Assembly (NCBI GenBank): GCA_964016885.1
Contig: OZ024740.1
Coordinates: 276,892,001-276,956,000, forward strand
Direction of reading: 5' to 3'
Origin: Eledone cirrhosa
Taxonomy: Eukaryota
DNA length: 64,000 nucleotides
The translations under genes and the position numbers were made by a program. Each line of letters opens with the position of its first letter. Positions within the stretch are counted from its first letter, which is position 1. Below the pieces are notes generated by a model, which searched no databases, had not been told where the DNA came from, and saw only the letters and a program-made list of their open reading frames with translations. Positions 24,540 to 39,248 of the stretch are shown piece after piece.

Positions 24540-25233
24540 TAATATATAAAGTACAAAAATGAAATAGTCTCTACATTTTTATTCCCTTTCCATATCCCTT
24601 AAATGTATATAGTTTTCATTCTACGCTACGAAAGCTGTATATTAAGGTCAGTTTAAAGCTTACTCTTTACAATTTGTCGAATACTCAGACACATGCCACA
24701 TATATAATACTGATACCACATCACATTATACTATTTGCTAATTTGAAAGTTCATCCAATAAATTTTACTTTTATTCTTTATTTTTGATTACATTCATATT
24801 TTGAAATCCCCTGAGTACAATTACTATCTTTGGATTTCATATTTATTTATTTATTTTGTTATTTTGCATTGTTTGTTATTGTTTGGTTAATGTGGTTTGT
24901 GATTTGTTTCTCTCATCAATTGATTTTTACCACACCAAAACCAAACATTGTTTTGATAATTTATGGGGAAAGTGACTTGATACGCATAATAGCGTATCGA
25001 ACTAAATGCTTTAACTTCGTCACTTTTTCGTTCTCAGTTCAAACTTCACCAAACTTTACCCTTTATCCATCTGGGAGATGGTTGGGGTCGTTAACAAAGA
25101 GCCACTACCTCACTACTAGGGTCGATGCAACCGACTGTATCACACCCTTTCAAAAAGTACAAAATATATATAGGAAAAAGTAGGAGAGAGATACAGATAG
25201 GGAGGTAATTACAAAGAGATACAAAGAGATAGA

Positions 25234-25348
<115 letters not shown>

Positions 25349-26367
25349 GTACAGACAAAGATAAAGTAGAGACTGAATGAAAAGATGAAACGCAACTGGA
25401 CGAGCAGGGTGTAGATAAGGCGGTAGCAAGAACCCAAGGAGGGAAAGGACCAAATTACATATGATATCGATTACAATATGATAGAAGTTTTTCGCATTGT
25501 TTGACAGACGAAAAAGATCACACAATGTGATACAATCAATTGCTTATATGAGCCATCGAAAAGTCATTAAGTTTTTAGTGCTTCCGCATGATCTGTTTGG
25601 CATTAAACATATTAAGTCTCCACTTCAGACTGGGAGTCGTCTAGACCGCAAAACAGAAACAACACACTCGATCGCCCTTCCAATAGAGTCTAGCTAAAAT
25701 GGTACTCAACCAGCCGTCCTTGTTCAATATTTCTATCACGTCTGATTTAATAAGTTACTTCCAGACAAAAGGAAAATATCGAATATAGATAAAGATCCGG
25801 CCTTCTTCATTCCGAAAAAAAAAAAAATCAAATAAGCAAAGCAAAGAAAAAAAAAATAATACAAAATAAAAACAAAATCATGTAAGAAACAAATAAGAAA
25901 AAAATATGAAACTTAAAAATAAAAGAATGAAAGCTAAACGAGCAAACATGAAAGATATATATTAGTTTTTTTGTTATTGCGGTTACTAGTATTAGTATTA
26001 TTATTGTTGTAGTTGTTTTAGTTGTATTTGTTTTGTGGTTGTTATGTTTACTTTTGTTACAATTATTATTGCTGTTTCTGATACACTTTATTGTTTGTTC
26101 TTATTGTTGTCGCTCTAGTTGATTGAGATTATAGTGACGATATTTACAATGTCGTTGATTGTTAGATGTTGTTGTTGTTGTTGTTGCTGTTGATCATTGT
26201 TTTTTTTTTTTATTGCGCTTCATGTTGCAATGTTGTTTGTAGATATTGTTGTAAGTGTTATGATTGCTATCACTCTCATTACTTATGTGATGGTGTGCGC
26301 TATGTGGGTGAACTCGCGTTAATCCCACTCATTAAACTGACCTTGTACCTCATAAAGAAAATAGAAA

Positions 26368-26993
26368 TTGGAAGAATCGGTAGAGCGTCGGACAATATGC
26401 TTTGCCGCATAGAGTTGCTGCTCTTTGCGTTCTGAGCGCTAATCCCGCTGAGGTTAGTTTTGCCTTTTATCCTTACGGGGTCGATAAATAAAGCACCAGT
26501 AATGCACTTGGGTGGATTTAATCGACTTTCCCTTACTCCAAAATTGCTGGCCTTGTGCCTATAGTAGAAATCATTATTATTATCATTATTATTAAGATGT
26601 GGATTGGCAGTATCGGTAGAGGGTCGGACGCTATGCTTTCCAGCATAGTTACGTCCCTTTACAGTCTGAGTTCAAATCCCGCTGAGGTTAACTTTGCCTT
26701 TTATTCTTACGGGGTCGATAAAATAAAGTACCAGTAATGCACTGGGATAATTGCTGGCCTTGTACCAAAAATAGAAACAATTATTATTAAGATGTGGATT
26801 GGCAGTATCGGTAGAGGGTCGGACGCTATGCTTTGCAGCATAGAGTTACGGTCCTTTACGTTCTGAGTTCGAATCCCACCGAGGTTAACTTTGCCTTTCA
26901 TCGTTAAGGGGTCGATAAAATAAAGTACCAGTAATGCACTGGGATAATTGCTGGCCTTGTAACAAAAGTAGAAACAATTATTATTAGGATGTT
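26368..26993 (+). repeat. Three stacked SINEs with a repeated target site ATTATTATTAAGATGT
   Basis: An old copy (26368-26590) followed by two different younger copies, each bounded by the target sequence. Confidence 0.85.
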
Positions 26994-26999
26994 TATAAT

Positions 27000-27515
27000 G
27001 ACCAGCTTTGATGTTGCTTTCAGCTGGTTATTTTAAAGAATATCAGGTTACAACTAGTAGTCTGGGGCAGCTCCAAAATGTTCATATCTTTCCTTGTCAT
27101 TTGACTCCTGCTGATAGTCCACAACCTTTCTCAATATTCGGCCTGTTCCTAGTAGGCATAACATTTTGGATCGGTTCAGTCACTGGTGCAAAGTCATGTA
27201 GTTTTCAAGTTTTGTTGTCACAATGCCAAGAGCACCAATCACCACTGGAGCAATGGTAACTATCTTTACTTCATTACTCCAGCATTTCAAGATCTCATAT
27301 TTTAGGCCTGTATAAGTTCCTATTTCCTCCTTTTGCATCAAAGGGACACGCACTACATCTATGGGAGTACAGCTCCTCTCATTATTAATTACGACAATAT
27401 CTGGTTTCTCGTACTCAATATTAACCTCGGTCTGAATTGGGAAATGCCATAAAACTTTATTTCGTTGTTCTTTAGCATTCTTATCGCATTTTTGACAACA
27501 TGTTCATACTTTGCG
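27000..27515 (-). pseudogene. Decayed R4/Dong endonuclease end
   Basis: Minus strand gives LWHFPIQT..KPDIVV, matching the LWDFxIQTD..RPD motif. Confidence 0.6.
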
Positions 27516-27783
27516 GTATGTAGTTATGACTCTTTACGTTCTGAGTCCAAATCCTCCCAGGGATTAGCTTTAACTTGCATCATTAAGGGGGTCAATAAAA
27601 TAAATAGCAGTAATGTACTGGAGTCGATTTGGTCAGCTTCTACCTTCGTTTCAAATTGCTGGCTTTGTACCAAATGTAGAAACCATTTTTTTTATTACTT
27701 GTTGTAGTTGTTATCTTTAATATTGTTGAAGATATATAGATAGGTACGTAGGTAGGTTGTAGTAGTAGTAGTAGTAGTAGTAA

Positions 27784-27858
<75 letters not shown>

Positions 27859-28149
27859 CTATTGCTATCACATATGCTATCTTCTAGAGTCAAACAGAAC
27901 TCGGAGAATATACTGCTGCTTCTACTAGCAGTGCGGTTGGCATTGAATGATAGTTAGCCTAAATAGCTTCCGTACATATAAGCCAATATTTTTGTATTGA
28001 CATGAATGAAGAATCCAATTAATACAAGGAACATATTCGTTTTTGTTTTTTTAATAATTGAATCATTATATATATATATATATGATTATTATTGCTGTTG
28101 TTAATTTGTATTGATTAAAAGTATTTTCGTTGCTGTTGTCTATATTTCG

Positions 28150-29450
28150 TTAACTAATACGTTGGACCCTATTCAATTGTCAAAACCAGAATTAGTCCCT
28201 AGTACTCGGACACATATGTCCCAAATATCTTCAGAGGCCCCTTTAAATAGAGCAGCAGAGATGAAATTATTTTGCTTTATGTAATTGTTTATAGACCTGC
28301 GAATGATTATTGTCCATTTGAATACACATTACATAGGCTGGAATTTAGAAGACTGATATGTTTATAAATACAGACAGAGATCAATTGATGCTAGTCGTTT
28401 AATCAATATATATAGAAAATCGAATGGCGACCGCTCTTCTTTTGTAACACGCTGATAAAATTTTGTCAAAATTATTTTTAAAAGTATTTCTTTATAATAT
28501 CTTGTTATAATTGCCAGACGAACTGCAATGATCTTGTTGGCCAATGTCATGCTTTACAAAATTAGCAGACTAATATTTATAGCATCGAGTTTACTCGTGT
28601 AAAATGTTCAAAGTTAAATCGTTTTTCAGTCGGCTATAAGGCATTCGTTTTGAAATTACCATACATCCAATAATATATTTCATAAATCACAATAAAACAT
28701 TTCATAAGTCTTAAGTATCCAGATTCAAAAGACCATAAATGGTATTGTATCAGAACACAGCGCCATATTTAACATGGTTATTTAATTGATTTGACTATAT
28801 CCATAAGCTTGCAATTTGTATACAAGGGAGTTCAATTATGTTTATATTTCCTCCTATTGTTTTACTTATATATTTACCAATATTGCTTCCTTGTGGTTCT
28901 TGTATTTCTCATCCTCAATTCACCTGTTATTTTCCGAATATTATTCCGTTATTCAACTAAATACGTTACTAAGCCCTAAAAAATCGTTCAAGATGTTAAC
29001 TTAATATATTTTTTCATAATTTCGAATATATGTTAAAGAGCTGAATTACATCCTGTACTATATTTATTCATGTTCTCCTCATACTTCTAACAACGTTGAT
29101 GTTACCTTTGCTTACTCCACATTCGATAAACTTTCTACCAACATCCTAGAGTGATCCAATGACCATACAGCTACCTTACTCCACTAAAAATGAATTTGTG
29201 TCCTAGTAAAACGAAATCAATAGCATTTACAAGGGATTTTTCACTGACATTCCATAGCAGTTTATCGATTTTCCGATTTGTCTTACTGATGTTAAGAAGA
29301 CTCAGTATTTTCTCACACATTTTATGTTATTCACAGAACTGAAGGGTCAAACAATGAGATTCACTAATGAATAAATTTTAAGGTGACTCTCTTGTACTGT
29401 ATAGTTGATTTCCTTTCTGTTGTATACGCGTTTATTCTATTTGCCGATTC
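28150..29450 (-). pseudogene. Very decayed LINE (L1-like) remnant
   Basis: ISLL..K..LANKIIAVRL resembles RT domain 1; boundaries uncertain. Confidence 0.3.
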
Positions 29451-29949
29451 TTTATCATGGAAGCGTTTTACAATTTCCATTTTATTTTGTATTTGTTAAT
29501 AGTAAGTCTTTTCATTTCCATAATCACAGATCTTTTATGACAGATATAAATTCCTTAAAGTGATTTGAAACGAATAAGGTATCCTTTATGATCAGATAGG
29601 AAGCCATATGTGTAAACCAAGATGGAGAAAAATATAAGTGATTTCTTTGGTACATTTTTGAAATAAAACGTGAATTGATGTTATATATGCTTTAATGGAA
29701 AACTATCATATCATAAAGCTCCATGCTTTTAAAATTAAGCATTTCTGCTACGTATAAGCACTTTGTTATTGATGTATAAAACTATACTGGAAACATTTAT
29801 TTCCTTCCTCTTTACCAATCACTTTACTTGATGTTATAAACCGTCTCCACTTTCCATATTACCGGAAAATATTCGTAACTTTTCTATTAAGCAATAATAT
29901 TCGTCTGGATTGTAGGTTTTTCCACTGAGTATCAATCATACAAAGCTGT

Positions 29950-31150
29950 ATTGAATAGTGAATCTTTCATACGATGAATAATAACTGCTACTACCAATGG
30001 TAATAATCATACAACAGTTATTTCTACAGTCAGTCCAACAAATAATGCAGAAGAAGATGAGGTAAAACAATTCTACTGTGATATAGCAGGATTAATAAAT
30101 TCCAAACTAAGACCTACTATCATCATGATTAGAGGAGAAACACATTCACAATTCACACAAAAGATTCAAAATGATCCCCATTAACATATCGAAATGTACT
30201 GTGTCTTCTCGATTTCATATCTAAATGTAATCTAGTAATCTTGTGTAATTTTCCTTTCATTCACGTGAATGAAAGGAAAATTATGAACTATCAGCTATGC
30301 AAATTGATCAAATAGATAACACTCTGGTCAACAATAATAGAGGAACAGTTTAACAGCTGGATGTGGGGATTCCAGAAAAGCCTCATATAAATCATCGCGA
30401 AAAAATAATGCAAATTCTAAAATCATATGGTATTCTAAAGAAAATTATAAATGACATCAGTATACTTTATACGGATACAATGCTTCAAGTACTCTCGGTA
30501 GATGGTGACACATTTGTTTTGAAATTTTGTTTTGAAATTTTGTTTTGAAATTTTGTTTTGAAATTTTACTGACACCCTACTTTTGTGTTGTAGCATTAGA
30601 ATAAGCTATGAGAATTGCCATAGCTGACCAATTTACCGGAAGTGTGGGCCAAGACACCCAATTAAAATGATAATAAACACATATTTTACAGATGATAGTG
30701 CAGTGTTATCTGATCTAAGTAAAGAAGACAAATAATGTTAAAAAGAGTTGCAGTTGCAGCTGCAAGAGTTGATCTATACTCGACGAAAGAAAAACCGAGC
30801 TCATGTTTCTTAAGCGGCATCCAGAATTCATTATTACCTTAAAGGGGCACAGGTTAAATGAGATGGAACATTTAAAATATCTCGTAACCTAGATAACAAA
30901 TTCGGAGCAGAATACTAATGCATATATAGCTTAAGCTTCATGGGCATCTAACAAAATAGTAACAATATGAAAATCAAATCTAAATCATCTAAATCGCGAT
31001 CTGAACCTTTAAATAATTAGAACAACGATAGAGACTGTGCTGATATATGACGCCGAAGTATGGACATTAATTTACGTCCTACAAAACCAGTGAGACGATA
31101 ATTACACAACATCGTTATGAGCAAGAGACAACGTATCATGGAAGAAACAT
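29950..31150 (+). pseudogene. Decayed RTE-clade LINE
   Basis: YSPTNNAEEDEVKQFY (APE), HREKIMQILKSYGI and FKYL. Confidence 0.6.
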
Positions 31151-31216
31151 AAAGCCGATTTACCACCAATAACATATGCATGGTTATATGTATAAATATA
31201 TATATATGTATGCATG

Positions 31217-31272
<56 letters not shown>

Positions 31273-31289
31273 TATGCATGTCTGTATAA

Positions 31290-31359
<70 letters not shown>

Positions 31360-31483
31360 TGTATATATATATATAATATATACATATAAGCGTTTATTTA
31401 CACATACATATTCCCGAATTTGATTCAAATCGATACACACAAAACTAGTCTCCTCACACTCGCCGAATGATTATACTTGACTC

Positions 31484-31514
<31 letters not shown>

Positions 31515-31800
31515 TGGGGTGGTGCTGGTTCTGTTAGTATCAAAATGGGAATCAATAACAGTACAAAATTGATTGCACTCCTGAATCGCATGACAGGAAC
31601 AACAGTTTGAAAGTTTCAGCCTAGCTTAGCTAGAAATTAATACATCTCTACCTACGGAAACAACTGTTTCCTTCTAAAGTCGTTGTTCGTACCTCTCTTC
31701 TTCCACTTCCATTTTTTCTTACTTATATTAGTGAGCATGTATGTCTGTGCAAAGGCACACTCACGCACATATGCAAATACAATGATTTTATATGCAAATA

Positions 31801-32684
31801 TACGACGTGTGTCGAAAAAAGTTCAACTTTCTTTTTATTTTTATCGTGGGAAATAATGACGTTATGGCTACAAACTTTTACAGAATGAAGCCGCATGCAC
31901 ATGCGTGGTTTTTGGCGACTTCGCGTCAGACATATTCAGGCAACCAACGTGTAAGGAGTTGTTCTACTTACTTGTCGGATTTTCATTTCACCTTGGTTAT
32001 ATGACGTGTGTATACGAGTACGATCCGATAACCAACGCTCAGTCGTCACAGTGAAAGTGTCCATTGTGTTACCAAATTCCCCAAAAGTATGTATGGACGG
32101 AGCAAAATCAAGGTGATATTGACCGGAAAACTCTACTGTTTCCTTCGGATGTTGTGGTTGTTATCCCAGTTTTTTAGGTATATTTCTATTATTAGATTTG
32201 TAAGCAGGTGTATGTGTGGACACGCAGGATTTTCGGAATTCCTCCAACATCTCCTTGATGCAATTCAGCGCAAAAGAGCCGTTCTGTTTGCTTTGCAAAA
32301 CTGGCAGCTGCATCATAGCAACGCTCATACTTATTTGCTGCGGCTGATCTAAGATCTAATCGCAAAGAAAGGCATTTCGCTTAATCACCAGTCTCCCTAC
32401 TCTCTATACGCGCCTCTTTCTCACGTCTAATCCTTTTCAAAATTGAAGGTGCCACTGAATGGCTCTCCTTTTAAAAACCGGAGAACATTGTGTGAACTAC
32501 AAAGGTGGAGCTGAGAACCATTGTAAAAGCATTCTGCACGTGCCTTGAGCAATGAAATGTTTGCGGGGCTAAATATCTGGCGAAAGAAGGTACATATTTT
32601 GAAGCTGAATTGGAACTGAGCTCCACTTTGTCCGAAATATTTACACCCTGGCTAATTTAGAATACATTTTCAACAGAGCTGCGC
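31801..32684 (+). mobile_element. Decayed mariner element
   Basis: Begins TACGACGTGTGTCGAAAAAAGTTC; residual WQLHHSNA and PYS..LFxKLK motifs. Confidence 0.55.
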
Positions 32685-32689
32685 AGGCC

Positions 32690-33605
32690 TCCTTGAGAGG
32701 AACAGTGTCTCAGTTTTCGTAGCAATGATTTTCATTCCAGCCATACAGCATTTGGCATCAAACCTATAGAGCGCAAGTCGAAAATCACCTTCTGTCCACT
32801 GATTTTACACCCGCTAATCGTGATATCACTTCCAACCCGGCTGCACATGTCAATCCTGTTCATGTAAATAATTGTTTCTACTTTAGGCACAAGGCCAGCA
32901 ATTACCCAGTGCATTACTGGTACTTTATTTTATCGACCCAGTAAGGATGAAAGGCAAAGTTAACCTCGGCGGGATTTGAACTCAGATCGTAAAGGGACGT
33001 AACTATGCTAGAACGCATGGCGTCCAACCCTCTACCGATACTGCCAATTCACCACCCTTGTAAATAATGAACAGGAGAGGTGACATTATGCACTCTTGGA
33101 GAGTACGACTCACATATTGAATGGGTTTGATTTAGCACCACTTATCCGAATAAAAATACTCGGGTATTCGTATAGAGATATCAGGGCAGCAGGAGGCTGA
33201 CCATTGACCCCATACTCCTGTAGAACCTTCCACAGCAGGTCCAGAGAAACGCGGTCATATGCCTTTTCAGGGTTGACAAAACGAGAATATACCTCTGGGC
33301 AATACTCCCACGATATCTCGAATACCTGCTGCAGTGTGAATATTTGGTCGGCTGTGCTGCGTCTGGTGCGAAAACCACACTGTTCAGAAGCTAACTTGAA
33401 CTCAACAACCTCTCTGCATCTCTTTTCCAGACACTTAGAATAGACTTTATTGGGGAGAGGCTTAACGAGGAGATCTCTCTCCAATTGGAACAATCCCTCT
33501 TGTCTTCCTGCTTGAAAATTGGAATTATCACTCTCGATTGTCATTGCGTGGGTATCTTTCCAGAGATCCAGGCCACTCGGCACATACGAGTAAGCCATTT
33601 AAGGC
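32690..33605 (-). pseudogene. RTE-like RT fragment interrupted by a SINE
   Basis: EQCGFRTRRSTADQIFTL and EKAYDRV in ORF 33110-33598. Confidence 0.8.
32863..33068 (-). mobile_element. SINE with TSD TGTAAATAAT
   Basis: Consensus match; identical 10-bp flanks. Confidence 0.9.
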
Positions 33606-33675
33606 TTTTAATGCACCTCGTTTACATCAGACGTTAATGGCCTAAATCAGAAACGGTTGCATTATATATTTGAAT

Positions 33676-34554
33676 TACGAGGTGTGTCAGAAAAGTTCCA
33701 GGACTGATGTCACAAAAGATTTATTTCAAACCCAAACTTCACTCTAAGAGTTTTCTCCTTCAAAGTAATCCCCCTGGAGTATGAAACTGTAATCTTAGCT
33801 CTCTGCAGCGATCAAACATTTTTCTTCATAATTTTATATACATGTCCTCTGTTTCAGGTCGTCATGCAATGAGCACAGAGCAACGAACAAACTTGAAAAC
33901 TCCGTCAGAAGCACTGGGATTGCTGCAGCAGCTGTATCGAGATGAGACAATGTCACGTTCACGTGTTTTTGAGTGGTGCAAGAGGTTTAAAGAAGGATGC
34001 GAGGACGTGGAAGATGACCCCAGGAGCGGAAGGCCCTCAACAACCAGGATGGAGGTCAACATTGAGCGCGTCAGGCAGATGGTGCGTAGCGATCATCGGC
34101 TGACTGTTCGACTGATGGCAAATGAGCTGGGCATGAATAGGGACAGCGTCTGGAAGATTCTCACTGAAGATTTGGATATGCGGAAAGTCTGAGCGAAGAT
34201 GGTGCCAAAACTGCTGAACGATGACCAGAAGGGTCGACGCATGAAAGTGTGCCAGGACATCCTCGAGCGTCTTGAAACCGAACCAGACTTGCTAGGGACA
34301 GTCATCACCGATGATGAGTCATGGATCTTCGAGTACGACCCGGAGGGGACCCGCTTTGAAGACGTGGACTACATAAAAAAGGCCGTGACGACGAAACTGT
34401 GGAGGATCCCGGAAGAATTCTTCCAGGGGTGCATGCAAGCGAGGCAGAAAAGGATGGAAAAGTGCATTAGACTCCAGGGGAATTACTTTGAAGTTTGTGT
34501 TTGAAATAAATCTTTTGTGACATCAGTCCTGGAACTTTTCTGACACACCTCTTA
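33676..34554 (+). mobile_element. mariner element with an internal deletion
   Basis: Near-perfect ~55-bp TIRs with TA ends; HTH, VEDDPRSGRP, VPKLL and ITDDESWIFEYDPE fused directly to the C-terminus, so most of the DDD domain is deleted. Confidence 0.92.
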
Positions 34555-34959
34555 GTTCTTCGATTTCATTCCAGAATTAACGTTATTTAAAGCGTAATAC
34601 CGTAACACAGAAATATCGTAAGAAGTAGAATTTGCCATTCTTCTTTTTCAAGTAATGGTTTCTATCATAGGTACAAATGAACTTCATATAAAAAATTCTA
34701 ACTTGATCATGAAGCCACATACTTTAGTGGGTAAACATATATGTTGATTATCTCGAGCCCATCATTCAACTAATATATACTTATTACCGTATCCGAAAGA
34801 ATGAAAAACAAAGTCGAAAATTTATAAGATTTGAACTCAAAATAAAAGAAATCGTAATCAAATTGTAACAAGAATTATGCTGGCCGATTTTCCGATTTCG
34901 CTATCCGCCGCTAAAAGTGCAAGTGAGAAGTATTAACAACCATGAATATTATACGGATA

Positions 34960-35466
34960 TACAAGTAGGCTTCATAAGGTTCGTGGGAAAAGTGCATAGC
35001 TAAAAATCATATGCAGGGACTAACGTGGCATAACATGTTCTATTATGAACCCTTAATTTCATGTTACAACGCGGCGCAGCCAGTGTGATGTCAGCACCCG
35101 CTCGAGCAACATGGCCTCCATCAAAACATCAAAGTCAGGGTGAAGCTAGGGTGGAAGAGCAGGCAAATCATTGACGCTCTGGAGCAAGTTTGTAGGGACA
35201 ATGTCCCAAAGAAATCAACAACCTACAAATGGATAAGTCGTTTTAGAAGTGGAAGAGATGAGGTTGAAGATGATCCCCAGTTGAAGATGTAAAAAAAGCT
35301 GCTTTGACATGGTTTAAATCACATTTACACAGAACTTGAAGGCTGGTATCTACGTTTTCAGAAGTGTATTGTCCAAGATGGAGCATATGTTGAAAAATAA
35401 ACATCCTAGCTTAAACCATTTTTTTTAACTGTCACTTTTCCACGAACTTTTTGAAGCTCCTTCGTA
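34960..35466 (+). mobile_element. Deleted mariner derivative
   Basis: Imperfect TIRs; remnants YKWISRFRSGRDEVEDDP and KCIVQDGAYVEK. Confidence 0.75.
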
Positions 35467-35532
35467 TATAATTTTATCGATTCCTGGAAATAAAAAAATG
35501 CAAAACTGACATTTCTTTTCGTCACTCTACAG

Positions 35533-35578
35533 ATTCTTGTTTGCGCTGAGCTGTCGCCCTGGCTTGAAACTGTATTTG
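35533..35578 (+). other. Candidate 46-nt internal exon
   Basis: Branch-like CTGAC, pyrimidine tract and CAG acceptor; G|GTGAGA donor; two open frames. Product unknown. Confidence 0.3.
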
Positions 35579-36087
35579 GTGAGAAGTATAAATCTCGTAA
35601 AGAACAAGGTGTTGCCTAAAAGCTTTACTAATAAGAAGCTGCACGTGATTTAAATATTGTCTGTAGTAGAGGAAATCAAAGATAAAGGAAATGAATAAAA
35701 CATTGTTACTAAAGAGATGGTAATTTAATTTACGAATAAAAAAAACATTGCAGTTTTTCTGTGAAAATTTCATACCATTATATTGTTTGTTTTGTTTTTA
35801 TAAATAATGTTTTACTAATCTTCCGTAAAAATACTAAAAAGTTAGAAGCTAAAAGATTAGAAATAGAGAGGTGAATTAATATTCGATGTAGCGGCTGTAC
35901 TCAAAGACAACAGAATAATCTTATTGATTTGACAACGAACAAAGCAAAGTTCTGCGGACAAGGGAAATTCATCGGGTGATAGATTTAATTTGAATCTCAG
36001 TAAAATAGCACAACGAAGATCTTGGGTAATACTAGCAAACTAGCTGGCCGCGTGCCGTCAAAAATGATGGCTAATTTTAGTATTTTA

Positions 36088-36700
36088 TCTATATATATAT
36101 AAAACTGAGGATGTGTGTGTGTGTGTATGTCTGTGAGTTTGAAGCCCTAAAACTCGAGAAGTACCCAACCGATCTTTTTCAAACTTTACATGTGTATTAC
36201 TTATGTTTCAGGGAGTGTTATGCACATAAACAAGTTTCAACTTGTTGATCCCTTAGGGCCCGCATTAGGTGAAAAACTGCGTTTTTTTTCCAGCTTTTTA
36301 GGGGTTTTTTGAGGCGTTACGTCAGACCGATTTCCTTGAAATTGTAACTCTTCTTCATACCGTGAGTAAAGAAAATCCAACTTTTTTATGGCCTAGGGCC
36401 CGCCGCATTAGGTGAAAAACTTCACTTTTTCAGCTTTTTAGGGCTTTTTTGAGGCGTTACGTCCAGCCGATTTTCCCGAAATTTCAAAGAATATTATGCA
36501 CATAAAAAAATTCATTTTCTTGATCCCTTAGAGCCCACATTATGTGAAAACCTGCATTTTTCCTGCTTCATCGAGGAAAATCTTAAAGATTATCCAGCCA
36601 TTACATATTGTCCAGGCAGGCAGTTTTTCCACGATTAGGTCTATTGGCGGCCCGCGTTCCAAAATACCCCATCCCGTGCAACGCCGGGTACCACTGTTAG
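36088..36700 (+). mobile_element. Non-autonomous Helitron with internal degenerate tandem repeats
   Basis: 5' A|TCTATATA; 3' hairpin CCCGTGCAACGCCGGG followed by TTAG|T. Confidence 0.75.
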
Positions 36701-37890
36701 TATATATATAAAAAGGGCTCAAAACCAAGTTTTAATTTAATAACTCTTTTATTACAAACTTTTTGGGGGATAAACTATCCGCAACTAACATAGATAACCA
36801 AACTAATATGTTGGTGTTCATATTTATACATTTATATGTGTGAGGATATAAACATAAACACAGAAAGACACACTCACACAAGTAAAAATATATTCACAAA
36901 CATACACTCAAACAAGTGATATAAATACACAAACATTAACACAATAATAATTGTTTCTACTTTTGGCACAAGGCGAGCAATTACCCCAGTGCATTACTGG
37001 TGCTTTATTTTATCGACTCGGTAAGGATAAAAGGCAAAGTTAATCCCGGTGGGATTTGAACTCAGACCGTAAAAACCAATGTTTCTAGCCACATATACAC
37101 ACACAAGTGTAGAGAATATTAGAAAGGTGGTCGCTATTTTCTCTAGTTTGTCACCACCTCCATCTTTCTTCGGTTACCTCGCTTTCGCGACACTTATATA
37201 TAGAAATATACACACATTCGTTATTATTATAGTTGATGATTGCATGTATTCGGCTCTGATGTTTGATCCAATACCATAACGTCTGAACTCTTTCAGGCTT
37301 CGATAGCAACGGTAGAAATATATGTCCACCTACCTTCTTCCTTTTGTTGTCTATGTATAATTAATCTCTTCTCTTTGAAAAGGATTTTTTATCGTAAATC
37401 TGTAAAAAAGGAATAAAATTATACTTTTATTAAACGTATAGTTTGGTTTCTAAATCTGTTCAAACTTTTGATTCACACACGCGTGCACTGGCCCACAGAT
37501 ATATATTGTATTCAGATGATTGTTCAGTTAGTAATCATGAAATTGAAAGTAGCAACAGACTAACATGATAAATTTAATAATCAGTAACATAATAAATATA
37601 TGTCTACATCTTTAGTCAATAGTGAGAAAACCAACAAACCGGCGCTGTTCGCTCAAATTCAACTGTCGATATTTGTTCTGCATCGTATTACACACACACT
37701 CGCACACACATCCATATGCACATACACAATCATACACACTCACACACACACTCTCACACACACGCACACATATATCACACATACCGTCGGGGATACAGTG
37801 AATCACTGATTGTCCTGTAACCAATCTATATAAATATAGTATACGTGTGTTCGTGTATGTGCGTCTGTGTGTGTATGTATGTGTATGTGC

Positions 37891-37947
<57 letters not shown>

Positions 37948-37980
37948 CGCGCAGGTGTATGAGTGAGTGGGTATATGGAC

Positions 37981-38015
<35 letters not shown>

Positions 38016-38018
38016 AAG

Positions 38019-39248
38019 ATAAAGTTATGAATGTAGATCCTGGAGGTAGTAGAGGCGAGGCACATGAAAATCAAAAAGGACTTGGATGGAAGATCTCCAT
38101 CGGCTTCCAGCAAAGCTTGGCCTGGCCCAAGTGAGACCGTCGGACAGAAACACACGGAGACGGACGCTAAGGAGCATAGCCAGGCAGGACCACCAGTAGG
38201 AGAGTAGGTGATAGGTTGTGAGAAGCCGCTCCATTCACCTACTCTCCCACTAGCAACAACACCATTAAGAAAAGTAAGCGCATCAATATACAAACTATCT
38301 GGTTCTCTCCTCCCTTCTCACTCAACGTTAAAACCAATGTAGGAAAAATATTTCTAGCCCTCTTAGATAGACACTTTCCCATTGGTCATAAATACCGCTC
38401 CAGCTTTAACCGACACAAAGTTAAACTAGGATACTCATGCGCTAAGAACATGAAGGCCCACATCACCAGCAGCCTTAGGAGCAACATCCCACCAGGGTGC
38501 TCTTGCAGTAAGCCTGAAGCTTGCCCTCTTCAACAGCAATGCAACACACCAGCTGTACTCTATGAAGCTGTGGTCACTTCCAACCGACCAAACGAACCAC
38601 AGGAGGTCAAATCCTATGTGGGCATGGCGGAGGGCCGATTCAAGAAGCGTTTCCTGAACCACCAGTCTACCTTCAGATACCCGGACAGAGGTTCATCCAC
38701 GAAACTCGTGAGCCACGTATGGTCCCTCAAGGACTCAAATATAGGCTACTCCATTCAATGGAAAGCCATCACTAAGTCCAAGCCATACGCAAGGGGAAAT
38801 CCGACGTGGGGCCTTATGTATTGACGAACGAATAACTATCCTAGAGAGATTACGCAATAGTGATTGCCTAAACACAAGAAGTGAATTTTTCACACGTTGT
38901 CCGCACGTCACCAAACATCTATTGCATAACTACAAGGCTCCGGACTGATTCTTTGTAATTTTATTTTTAATTTTATTTTCAACCTAAACATTTTCCGGAC
39001 TTTCGCAGTTATCTCCGCACGCAGTCTAGTATTGCCTGTGTGAAGTGACCGAGTTTCTGCGCATGCGCGTTCGTACGGTTGTCCTTCCTGTTCCTATAAC
39101 CATACACATCCCGAGCTGAAGATCCGCGAAGGTGAAACAATTGTTCTCGGTATGGTGAACTAACTGTTGTGTAACCACTTCTACCTAACTCGTCCCTTGG
39201 ACTGAGTGCTCTACCACTACGGATATTACCTTCCACTGTTCCACCACT
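38019..39248 (+). mobile_element. Penelope-like element, 5'-truncated (linker, GIY-YIG endonuclease, pLTR region)
   Basis: Frame from 38297 reads IWFSPPFSLNVKTNVGKIFL..DRHFP..FNR..GYSC, then CPLQQQC..VLYEAVV..SYVGMAEGRFKKRFLNH..HVWSLK. Frameshifted C-terminus; ends in (TA)n. Confidence 0.88.
39099..39156 (+). ncRNA. Minimal type I hammerhead ribozyme of the Penelope element
   Basis: ACCAUA..CCGAG CUGAAGA u-CC-gcgaa-GG-u GAAAC-aauu-GUU CUCGG UAUGGU. Confidence 0.75.

Noticed and set aside
25497-25697. Unique-sequence ORFs as host exons (also 4600-4712, 6690-6960, 58227-58421, 61369-61620)
   Set aside because: No recognisable domains and no consistent splice or phase chain.
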